Source: Selaginella moellendorffii
Taxonomy: Eukaryota > Plantae > Lycopodiophyta
Assembly (NCBI RefSeq): GCF_000143415.4
Contig: NW_003314273.1
Span: 630,074-694,073 of the forward strand
Length of the DNA stretch: 64,000 bases
Direction of reading: 5' to 3'
Part shown: positions 1 to 10,287 of the stretch, piece by piece
Position numbering within the stretch: the stretch's first letter is position 1
Layout: each line of letters opens with the position of its first letter
Position numbers and translations under genes: made by a program
The notes under the pieces: generated by a model
The model's input: only the letters and a program-made list of their open reading frames with translations
The model's database searches: none
What the model was told of the DNA's origin: nothing

Positions 1-121
1 TTTTCTCGTTTTCTTTTGTCCTGTGTCAATCGATTTCCTGTTCCACCACCAGTCAATACTGTGTTTTTTAGTTTCAGTACTGCTCTTGGGGTCCTCGCTG
101 TGGCCTTCCTTGGGGTCCCAT

Positions 122-783
122 CCGATTCTTCGGATGAACATGAGGCTGAGGTGGTGCAACTTATACCATCCAGCGAGACAACGAATTTAGTGCGACCAGG
201 AGCTTGTACGAGAAGGTGATGAATGCCGAGGAGAAGAGCTTCGTTTCTACTTCCTCGAGTTGCTCATGGAGAACGCGAGAAGTGGGAACATTGAGGAGTT
301 CATGTCCGAGATGGATGTTGTTAAATTTGAAACCGGGGCCTCGATCCTTCCATGGCCTCGTTGCTGCGCTCATGCAAATGAAGTCGAAGGCTACTCCCCT
401 GTTTCTTCCTCTCTACTAGAGATAGTGAGATGGCTACTTAGCTTTTCTGAGGAAGGAAATCGCGTCGGGTGAGATGCCTTTACAATAGACTTTCGTTGCC
501 GTCAGGGGACTGCTTGGACGTGCTGCACTTCGTGATCGAGCGTAGAAAATTCTCTGAGCTATTGAAAGTGCAAACCTGGATACTCGCACTGTTTGGGGTA
601 TGTATCTCATTCTTGCGGACTATGTAGAAAATTCCCTCTGCGCAGCATCCAGCACCATTCAACAACGAAAGAGATAACGAAGAATGAAAGCAAATGTATC
701 TTCTTATCAATGCTGGATACTTGAACGAAGCAAATCACATTTTTATGAAAGGACATATTGGTGGTTAAGGAAAACTGCAAAAG
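122..783 (+). pseudogene. Decayed partial DNA-level duplicate of the pTAC3 5' region, with a small internal inversion
   Basis: Colinear with 24155-24885 (ccgattcttcgga..., gtgatgaatgccgaggagaa..., gacatattggt...aggaaaactgcaaa). It retains intron sequence and has frameshifts. Segment ~628-700 is the reverse complement of the parent intron at ~24704-24770. Confidence 0.9.
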
Positions 784-943
784 GTATATATATAAGATCG
801 TACTATAAGAATATTAGCCCGAGGCGTGCAGCGCCACGGCTCTGGGAGGCGCAGCCAATAGCTGTAGACGAGAGAGCGGAAATACACGACGCCGCCATAG
901 CTCTCAGCAACAAAAGGGGACAAAATGATCCATTTCCTTTTAA

Positions 944-1513
944 TAATATCCAATTATAGATTTCATGGTGTTTTAGTTGTGATCCTTTGTAATAGGTCAC
1001 CAAACTCAATAATGTGATCAGTGAGCTGCAAGAAGGTAGCTGTAAACGTAAAGCCGAGGGTGGCAAACCGGGAAATGAGAGGATTAGCATGATCAATTGG
1101 CAAGGTCACAAGAATGGGTGAGAGTGGCAAACTTCATTGTGATCAGGAGGAGTGGCAAGGTCACAAGAACGAGCGAGAGTGGCAAACCGAGGATCAACAC
1201 GATCAGGACAAATGGCAAGGTCACAAAAACGGGCAAAAGTGGCAAAACAGGGATCAGCAGGATCGGTTTGCCACTCTCGCCTGTTTTTGTGACCTTTCTG
1301 CTCCTTCTGATCACGCTTGGTTTGCCACTCTTGCCCATTTGCCACTCCTCCTGATTGTGCTAATCCTCCCATTTCTCGGTTTGCTGCTCTCGGTCTTGCA
1401 CTTACAGCTGCCTCACTGCAACTCACTAATTGCATTGTCGAGTCTGGTGACCTATTATAAGGGAAAAAAGCGGATCGCAACTCAAATGCCATGAAATCTA
1501 TAATTGGACATTA
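944..1513. mobile_element. ~570-bp foldback (long inverted repeat) with internal ~60-bp subrepeats; MITE/foldback-like
   Basis: The start taatatccaattatagatttcatgg (944) is the reverse complement of ccatgaaatctataattggacatta (ends 1513). Arm complementarity continues inward to the centre near 1260. The motifs ggcaaggtcacaa and gagtggcaaa repeat on the left and are inverted on the right. No clear TSD. Confidence 0.75.
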
Positions 1514-1535
1514 CCTTGCACCCTGTCGTGACGAG

Positions 1536-2761
1536 ATGCCACCTACGAAGCTCTTGGCACAGCTCCCCCACCTTAAGGCTCTTGAAGAGTTTGCTTGCTT
1601 TGAAGTGCTTGCAAGTGGAGAATTGGGCCACTGACTTGGAAGGTTTTGCTTTAGAATACAACGAGGTAAGTAGTTCTTGCCACAGTCTGATCTGTTTGTA
1701 ATTTCCTCATTTTGTAATGCAGGATACTGCGCACAATGAGATGGAAGAGGGGCCATCCTCGGGTGGTGGTGGTAGTCAATCTCAGAGCCCGTCTGGGAAG
1801 ACTCGACCAGAGTCCAATGACGACAACTCAGTTAGTGTATCAAACTATGTTTTCTCATTGTAGTTGTGTCCTAATTTTTCTGGCAGGACGCCTCTTCTCG
1901 TCAGGCCACTCAATGTGATTGACAACATGGAAGCAATTAGAACTGATATCAAGTTCAGAACACTAAAGTGCAAGGACTCTTCACTCAGTGTGAGGAAGAA
2001 GCTGTTCTGTGGCTATGCCCGAGTAGAGATATGAACATTTCCTCTGGATACTACGATTGGATGTACCTCCCTGTTTTTTGTGGTACAAAGTTTACATATG
2101 CTAAACTTGACATACATGCCATAATGAATGTTCAAAGCAACCAAATTGACTACAACTTGTACAAAGGTACTATTATACGATAGTATATTCTATGTTTTGC
2201 CAATGTTTTATGTTTAAAGAATCCTGCAAAAAAAGAGGTTTATGTCCTCTGAAGGAGGAAGTGTTAATGGCATGGTTGAACAATGATTTGCATGAACTCA
2301 AGCACTGGTGTGGTTTATCAAATAAGTAGTATTCCGAGAAAACATTTTTAATTAAAGATCTCTACATCAATGACGAGGTATGTTTTGTTATTCATTAGCT
2401 GCTACTTGCTAATCAGATGTTTGTAGTGGCATGATCTCCCAAAGGCCAACAACTTGAGCAATCGATCTTCACGAGCTTTCATTGAGGGCATGCTGCAGAT
2501 CATCCTAGGTGACAAAGTGTTATATTGGTCACCAGATGACACAAGGAAAGCGTTTTTGAGGAGGCAAGAGTTTGAAAGATTAGCTTCCATCGTCAAAGGA
2601 ACTCTGGTGGACGATCCACTGCAGTACATGAGGTTAGTAGCTTGTTTAATACTTTTATTTTCAGGCTAAAGCCTCTTGACGAGCTAAATCAGGTGGCCAG
2701 TGTTGTGCAGCAGGAAATTGAACGAAAAGAAGAGTTGGCCGCTAAAGTTCTCCAAAGATAA
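1536..2761 (+). pseudogene. Possible degenerate multi-exon gene of unknown family (possibly TE-associated)
   Basis: Exon-like blocks bounded by GT/AG splice-like sites (e.g. aacgag|gtaag ~1665; tgcag| ~1722; tttcag| ~2664). Short open frames with stops and frameshifts and no recognisable domain. Confidence 0.25.
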
Positions 2762-3009
2762 GTGGTGAGCTCGCAACATTCGATCGGTTCTAGGAGAGAT
2801 TCTAAAGCTTTTGTCACAGGAACTGGGAGATACCCCCTTTTTTGACTTCGGTTCTCAATCCTCTTCTCCGCTCGAAGTTGCAAGCTGCCCAGGGTAGAGG
2901 TTCTGCCGTCAAGTCAGAGATAGGCATCCACGTACAAGCGATCGCCATCCATGGCCATCGTCCCAAGTTTTTTTCCCGAAGTTTTCTCTAGCGCTGTAAG
3001 CATCAGCTA

Positions 3010-3150
3010 GAAAAAGATCGCCTTGTAATGGAACAATGCGCCAAAAGTTTCAAATCTAAAATGTGGAATATTCTTATAGGGCTCCATTTGAACGGCGCAG
3101 GATAAAGGCGTAAAATCATGTTCTCGAAATTTCGGTTTTCCTTTCATCCT
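3010..3150 (+). repeat. Condensed local duplicate of pieces of 3850-4250
   Basis: Shared strings aaaagtttcaaat, gtggaatattcttatagggctcc and atcatgttctcgaaatttcggtttt occur at both places. Confidence 0.7.
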
Positions 3151-3204
3151 CCATTCCGTCATTGCTTCTCGCTCACTCACAGCGAGATTTAATTCTGGTT
3201 ATAG

Positions 3205-3530
3205 ACCCAAGCTGTGGAAGTACAGCAAGTTCCGGCTGTGGCAGCTCAAAGTGGTGAAGTGGTGTTTGTGGTGGTGACGAGAAACATGGACTTCCTCTGG
3301 AGCTGTCCGCGGCCCGCAAAACCACAAGAGCGCTTTTAACTCCGGAGTGTGGTGATAGAGCCATCCAACTGCACGTTTTTAACATGTTGGTCGACGGGAT
3401 CTCTCGAATCAAGTCGTACAACGGCGGGGACCAAGGCTACCTGAACGAGATCTTTTCAACGATTTCGTGCACTCCAAGTGGTGGAGCTGGCATGATGAAA
3501 TGCCGGAGGAGCTACCGAGGCTGTGCCGGG
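3205..3530 (+). pseudogene. GT8 glycogenin-like (PGSIP/GUX) catalytic-exon fragment
   Basis: Frameshifted remnants YSKFRLWQL, FNSG..VIEPSNCTF and SYNGGDQGYLNEIF, homologous to the intact gene's last exon (6007-6943). Confidence 0.85.
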
Positions 3531-4819
3531 TCAATCCAAAGAGGAGATTGTCACCACCGACTACTGTTCATCAGGTTCGTTCCATATTTCTTTCATTTGT
3601 AAACCTGAGAACTCTGTTCGCAGGCACAAGCATTGAGAGAAAAGAGAAGATCAGATATCAAAAGACAACTCACTTTAACCGGCTACACAGTGATCAAAGG
3701 TTCTCTTCTTTTTATCGCTCCAATGCAACTATCTGGACCATCACCAAGAGGGGTCCCTCTCTTTTTTGACTCTAATTTCCTCGCAGTGTTGGTACTTCAT
3801 TCTCTAGCGTTATATCTCTTTGATCGAATGATAGAAATCACGAATCAAAGAAAGATCGAGGCGTTGGAACATCTCCCTCGAATGATACTCCGATCGATGA
3901 TAGAGAACCACCGGCAAAAGATTCCATTCTCCCCAAAAGAGGGCGCTAAAAGTTTCAAATTTGAAAAGTGGAATATTCTTATAGGGCTCCTTTTCCCGGC
4001 CATGGCACTTTCGCGTTTGGTGGCCTTTACGGCCCCATTCAAGCCCTAGCGCGGAGCTGGCATTTGTCGAGCAGCGCGGGGGTAGCTGCGGCATCGTCGT
4101 CGTCACAGCGCCATTGTTTTTCTAGGGTTTCCTGGCACGGCCGCTCGACGGCTATGTCGCGCAGGATGGGGCGTCGCCATCAGGTAGGCACGGGAAGCAA
4201 ACAAAAGCAAGGAATAGTGATCATGTTCTCGAAATTTCGGTTTTTCTTTCATTGTTTCGCTCGATCGCGCACGCGTTGATCCGGTCGATGCCCTGGAAAT
4301 CTTCATCTAATCGTTTGCTTGGCCCCACGGCAGCCATGGCGGCAGCCACAGCGACAGCGTTGCTTGCGTGTTTCAACGGGAACTTAGTCTTGGCAATCAA
4401 GGTAAGTGTGATCTCTCTACTATTTGACAAAGAATCGCTCGTCATCGTGGCTCACTAACTCTCTTCTTTTTGGATTTTAGGCTCGATGAATGCGTCAGAG
4501 TCGTCTTACTGTAGTAGCGTCACTCCAACTCTACCAGGTACTTCCACTTCTCGCCTCCAACTTTTTCTTCTTGGATCTTCCTTCTTCCTTCTTTTCTGTT
4601 GCTGTTTTTTACGTCGGTGAAGTCTCCTGTCGGTGTCACTCGTTTGTTCGATCGGTCCCTCATTTGCTGAAAAGAAAAAAAAAAGCATGGCTGGGAAAGG
4701 GGCAGCGGCCCGCATTGGCTGAAAGTCTCTTGGGTTATAAGGTTGGCAATTACTACTTGATTGATTCAATTCTAGAAGCTCGAGCGATTATCCTTTTGCA
4801 TTTTTTCGGGATTCCTGAG

Positions 4820-6943
4820 ATGAGGATTTCCAACACGGTGGCCGAGCCTCGGCATCGTCAGACTGGGTAGAGATTTTCGCTGCTTTCTCGGTCTCTTGCT
4901 CGCACAATTCTAGCTGACTGCGCGTCTTTAGTTTCAAGATCTTTGTTCTCTCAGCAGAGGCTGTCTCCAATTCATGTCATACTGATGATAGTGTTCTGTT
5001 CTTTCGTTCAGGGAGGGTGACGATCTTTCGCCAACCAATTTGCTGTCGAATTGGGATGAGAAGAAAGTTCGAAAGGATGCGGAGAAGAAGAAACTTGAGG
5101 AATCTGGGTCATTCAGCTACACATTCCTGGAACGGAAGAGGAACAAGGCCTTCACAGCTCTGGTATTTGCCGCAGCCTCCCTAATTACATTGCTGCTGCT
5201 CACAACTTCTCAGAGCGATGTTGTTCTACAAAACTTGAGGTAATTGGTTCCTTTCTTTCGCCAAGGATCTCCTCTCTAAATCGCTGGACCGGCATTTCCT
5301 TTTTTCGTCCAGATCCCAGGATAGAAGACAGTTGGATCAAAGGCCGTATCCGACTTGCAATGAGGATGGTCTCTTGAGATGGCTGCAGTCGTCCAAGGAG
5401 ATCCGAGCGTTGAAGCGGACTAAAGAAGCATTGCAAGTTGGTCTGGTTAATTTCAAAAAGCCCGAGTCTATCAAGTGGGAGCTCTTCAGTGGCGGGGACG
5501 AGAGCCCACACGTATTCAAGTTCAAGACGGTAAAGAAGAGGCTCGACTGGTCCGCTTTTTTCCCAGAGGACATAGACGAAAATGATCCAACGAACTCGAG
5601 CTGTCCGAACATGCCGATGCCGTCCGTGCCGAACAACCTGACTCTGGATCTTGTCGTCGCCAGCATTCCGTGCGACTCGCCGAGCAACGACTGGGCCAGG
5701 AATGTGAATTGCTTGCAAGCTTTTCTCGCAGCAGCCAAGGTGGCAGCTAACACGGGGACAGATTTCGTCTACGTCGCCTTGTGTGGGAAATGTAGGCCGA
5801 TCCCAAACCTCTTTGTCTGCCAGGAACTCATCGAACATCAAGACGGTTACTGGCTATACAAGCTTAATCTTAAAAGAGTCCGGGGACTGCTCGCGCTACC
5901 AGTCGGATCGTGCCAGTTAGCGATGCCACCAAAAGCCAAAGGTAGACCTCCGTTTTCTCTCCACAGCAACTTAAGCTCTTTTTGTGCGTGATGTGATGAT
6001 CACAGTGGAGCACGTCGAGTCGCGGGAGGCGTACGCAACGATCCTTCACTCGGCCCAATCGTACGTATGCGGTGCTATCAGTTTGGCTCACAGCATTAGA
6101 TCGACCGGCTCGACTCGGGACTTAGTTCTTCTCGTGGACGAGAGCATTAGACCGGATCAGAGACAGGGGCTGGAGCTGGCAGGCTGGAAAGTTTTCACCA
6201 TCCAGAGGATCAGGAACCCAAAGGCCGAGCCTTCGTCCTACAACGAGTGGAACTACAGCAAGTTCCGGCTCTGGCAGCTCACGCAGTACGACAAGATCAT
6301 CTACATCGACGCCGACATTGTTCTCCTCCGCAACCTCGACTTCCTGTTCGACTTGCCCGAGATCACCGCGACGAGAAACGACCAGAGCCTGTTCAACTCG
6401 GGGGTGATGGTGATCGAGCCTTGCAACTGTACGTTCGACTTCCTGGTTGACAACATCGGCAGCATCGATTCCTACAATGGTGGCGACCAGGGGTACCTGA
6501 ACGAGATCTTCACCTGGTGGCACAGGCTCCCCGGGACCGTCAACTTTCTCAAGCACTTCGACAACAACACGGTGGAGAACCGGCGCAAGCTCCAGCTCTT
6601 CACGGCCGAGCCTCCGGTGCTGTACGCAATGCACTTCTTGGGAATCAAGCCGTGGCTGTGCTTCCGGGACTACGATTGCAACTGGAACCAGGACCAGCTC
6701 CACATCTTCGCGAGCGACCCCGTGCACGCGATGTGGTGGAAGATCCACGACACCATGCCGGCGGAGCTCCAGAAGTTTTGCGTGCTCCAGGGGACGCAGA
6801 AGTTCTTGCTCGAGTGGGACATTATCAAGGCGAAGAGGAAGCGCTACCCGGACGGGCACTGGAAGATCAAGATCGAGGACCCGAGGTGGCACGGAGTGAA
6901 ATCGCAGAGCGTGAGAAAGCGGAGGAGATTGCTGGAAGATTGA
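4820..6943 (+). CDS. GUX: Glycosyltransferase family 8, PGSIP/GUX-like xylan glucuronosyltransferase (4 coding exons: ~4820-4867, 5011-5239, 5313-5941, 6007-6943)
   Basis: N-terminal TM helix; motifs REAYATILHS, WNYSKFRLWQLTQYDKIIYIDAD (DxD), FNSGVMVIEP, SYNGGDQGYLNEIF, HFLGIKPWLCFRDYDCNW; GT-AG introns keep the frame. Confidence 0.9.
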
Positions 6944-7707
6944 AAAAAAACTGGAAGAACTCGTGGAGGGGAGGCGATAGACGATTAGAAGATTGTTTTC
7001 TCGTAACGCTGTAAATGAATGGAAAAAGAAAGAACGAAAGAACAACGCCCAAGTATTAAGAGAGAAGAGAAAGAAAGAGAGAGATCTAACCTAGGTGAGG
7101 GAAATGGGGGAGGAAGAGGGCATCGGCAAGGCGCTAGCTCCTGCGCAAGGGCGCATCACACTGCTCCAGTACCGCGATTGGAAGCAGCGCAAGGTAGACT
7201 CCCCTCTTCATTGGATCGAGCGATCGATCGATCGATTCTGCTTTGATTCCAGGATGCGGAGGCGGCGGCAGTGGCGGCGGAGCGATCGCGCAAGCGGCGC
7301 GAGGATATCGCCGCCGGGCGCGCGCGGATGAACGGGCGAGAGCTCTACGAGCGAGAGCCCTGGGTGTTTGACGACGGGGAATATGCCTGATTCGGGAATA
7401 TACTGCGGATATCCTTCTCACGGAATATCCACATTTAAAATATCGTCACCGCCGTGCACGTACGGCACCGTCCTTTCTTTCAACGCTAGGGGCAGACGGG
7501 ATTGAAATTTAGGGTTTGGCGCGAGCAGCAAGCCAATCGAGGGAGCGTAGCGCGAGCGCCGGGGTGCCAGGGAATGCGGTTGCGAGGTGAGTGGCGCGCG
7601 CGCTGCTGAGATTTCTGGTAGCGGGGGCAGCGCGGCCAGATTTGGATTTGGCGGAGATAAAATTCTCTTCCCTGGATTGCCAGTGCCGGCAGCTCTAGGT
7701 CTTGTTC

Positions 7708-9630
7708 ATGAGAACCAGGGCGCAGGCCTTGCTGTCCGATGACGCAGAGGTGGAGCCGAGGAGGACAGGGACAGGCACAGGGAAATCCTCGTCGCCAGGG
7801 TTGATCAAGAAGATCAAGCTCAAGATCAGCAGCAATGGCCGGTATGGCACGCGCAGCGAGTCGCTGAGGGAACGGCAAGCGGCCGCCAAGAGGGAGGGGC
7901 TAAAGATCGTCCTCAAGAGAAAAGCTCCAGAAGCACAGGAGGCACTGGTGATCAAGAAGCACAAAAGGGGAATTCACAGGCAGCAGCGGCTCCATGGAGA
8001 AGAGAAGAGAGATGAGGAGGAGGAGGACGAGGAGGAAGAGCAGGAGCGAAGTACACCCGCGCCCGAGACCAAAGCTCCTCCCTCGGCTGTGAAAAGCAAA
8101 GCTAGTCCGGCCACCGAGAATGCGTCACCTTCTCGCGAGGAGACCAACAACACGGGTGGTGTTTTGGAGGAGGCCACGGCTGTGAAGGAGGAGGTGGCTG
8201 GATCGGCTGGGCGGTTTTGCTGCACCGTCAACACGGATATGGTGGCCGATCGCTCCGAAGCGAGCGTCTCGTCCGAGCCTTCGTGCTCGGCGGACTCCAA
8301 GAGCTCCAAGAAGCGTCACGCCGACGAGGAGCGGGCGATGGACGGACAAACTTTAGTTGCGGTGACGGCTACGCGGACGCCGTTGTTTGTGCCTGCGAAA
8401 CGATCGCCGCTTCCGTTTCCTCTGCCGGCTGCAGTGCCTCCGGTCATCACCGCGACGCCTACAGCAGCTCCTCCGGCCGTGAGATCGGCGTTGCCAGCTC
8501 CGCCCGCCGTGCGGTCCGCGCTTCCGCTTCCCGGTGGAGACGAGACGGTGGATGCCGATGAAAAGGCAAGCTTTCCTCGTAGCTCTTCCTCTTTTTCTTC
8601 TTTTTTCCTTACCGCTCGTGCTGTTCAGGTGGTGTTTGACGAAGTTGACATCCACGGCTTCTCGTCGGCAATCACAGGCTCAGAAGTGCTACGGTTACGT
8701 CACGATGGCCTGGTCGCTCAATCCAGTGAAGAAGATGGCCTCTCGCTGCCGGAAGAGGAGATGCTGTCTCCAATGTTCTTCGGCAACCCATGGCACGACG
8801 ATGGCTCCATGAGCTGCTTGCCGGAGATGAGAAAGAAAGGCGGCCCTGGTTCCCGTGCGATTTACCGGTGTAGCAGATGCTTGGCACCAAAGAAAGGACA
8901 CAGGTGTCCGTTCGAGACCGAGTCGCCGGTGGAGGATGCCAAGCCAGAGCAGGTGCCACGACACGGTTCACATAAGAAAGCGTCGGATACCAGCACCTCA
9001 AACGAGCTAGAATGCCAAAACACTGACCGTGCTAGTCCCTCCAAGTCGAATGACACCCCGCCGGCTGAGACGTCGATTCAGGAAGAAGAGACTTCCAAGC
9101 CCGGGAAGAGTAAGGCGGCGGCTCCTCCTCCGCCGGATCCGGTGGTGAAAGAGTTCACTGTGTCGGCGAAGTGGCTGCTCGAGTCGGGAGTTTTGGAGGG
9201 CCTCACCGTGCGGTACATGCCACGGCCGGGAGAGGTATGGTATCTTGTTTTTCATCTCGTGATCTTCAGTTTCTTTTTTACGACAACCACCTTGTTGACG
9301 CTTTGTCCAGGTGTTAGGAAGTGGAGTTGTCAAGAGCGGTGTCATTCTGTGCAATTGTCGACATTGTAAAAGCCACCAGGTGAGTGAGTTCACGTTTGTT
9401 TGTTTCTCTCGAGTCCTAGCCATGTCTTTATTCTAATGCAGGGTTTCAACGCGTCCTCGTTTGAGAAGCACGTAGGTAGCACTGCCCGGCACCCGAGCGA
9501 CTTCATCTTCCTAGACAACGGGAGGCGGCTTAGAGAAGTTTTGGAGGACGGGTCGAGGTTTAGAGACAAGCCAAACATGATGGGTGCGCTGCGCAAGGCC
9601 GTGTCCATGGACTGGGAGGACGATTCCTAG
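7708..9630 (+). CDS. Nuclear protein with C-terminal Tify/Jas-binding (TDBD) domain and a CxxC-x3-KKGH-x-C knuckle (introns 8566-8628 GC-AG, ~9235-9310, ~9380-9441)
   Basis: The spliced C-terminus SAKWLLESGVLEGLTVRY...GVILCNCRHCK...FNASSFEKHVGSTARHPSDFIFLDNGRRLREV matches the TDBD pattern. YRCSRCLAPKKGHRCP motif; basic NLS-like N-terminus. Confidence 0.8.
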
Positions 9631-10287
9631 AGAAACAATGGAGTTTCAAGCGTGCGCGTGTCAGTCTACTCTCAGGTCTGTAATCTCCTCAGTAAAGAAA
9701 CGGTTTTCTTTTCTTGTTTTGTTTTGTTCTGTGACCAAATCTGAAAGCCGTGCTTCTTCCAGGAAACGAGAAAGCTAGGATTCGAGCCCCCCCTTACCTT
9801 CTTTAAGAGCCACCCGTGCAAAAGAATTTCGTTTGGTACGTTCCCTCCAGTTTTCTAGCTACGAAAGAGAGTGAGAGCTGATTTTTCTTGCTGGAACTTG
9901 GATCGATCGATTCGATGATCAAACTTCCAAAGTACTAGATATCGTTTTCCAGGACCTGAGATGGCGACTGAAGTGTGGATCCCAGCCTTGGAAGAAAAAA
10001 AGGCGAGAGAAGAGGGAGAAGGGATTGATCCTTCTCCACCACCACCATCGCCACCACCATCGCCACCAGCAAGGCTTTAGTGACGTCAAACACACAGTGA
10101 TGTCACCGCTAGAGGAGAGAAATTCAAAGGTCGTATGGTATGGATGGACGGAAAAATAAGAAAAGATTTCCTTTGCCAGGCATTGCGGGACCCAAGATCA
10201 TTTTGAGAATCGGATTGGTCCAACTCACTCCATTCATGGTGGTGGTGGTGACAAAGACAGCAGCTCAGAGAAAAAAAAAAAGAGGGT

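Noticed and set aside
1093-1494. Mirror-image ORFs on both strands, or a CRISPR-like array
   Set aside because: They result from the inverted repeat and its subrepeats; there are no unique spacers and the context is eukaryotic.
2330-2380. Ulp1-protease-like 'YINDEV' motif
   Set aside because: Too short, and no catalytic His/Asp/Cys motifs were found nearby.
6122-7045. 307-aa antisense ORF over GUX (similar ones over CRY and the chromovirus pol)
   Set aside because: Shadow ORFs caused by high GC at third codon positions of the real gene.
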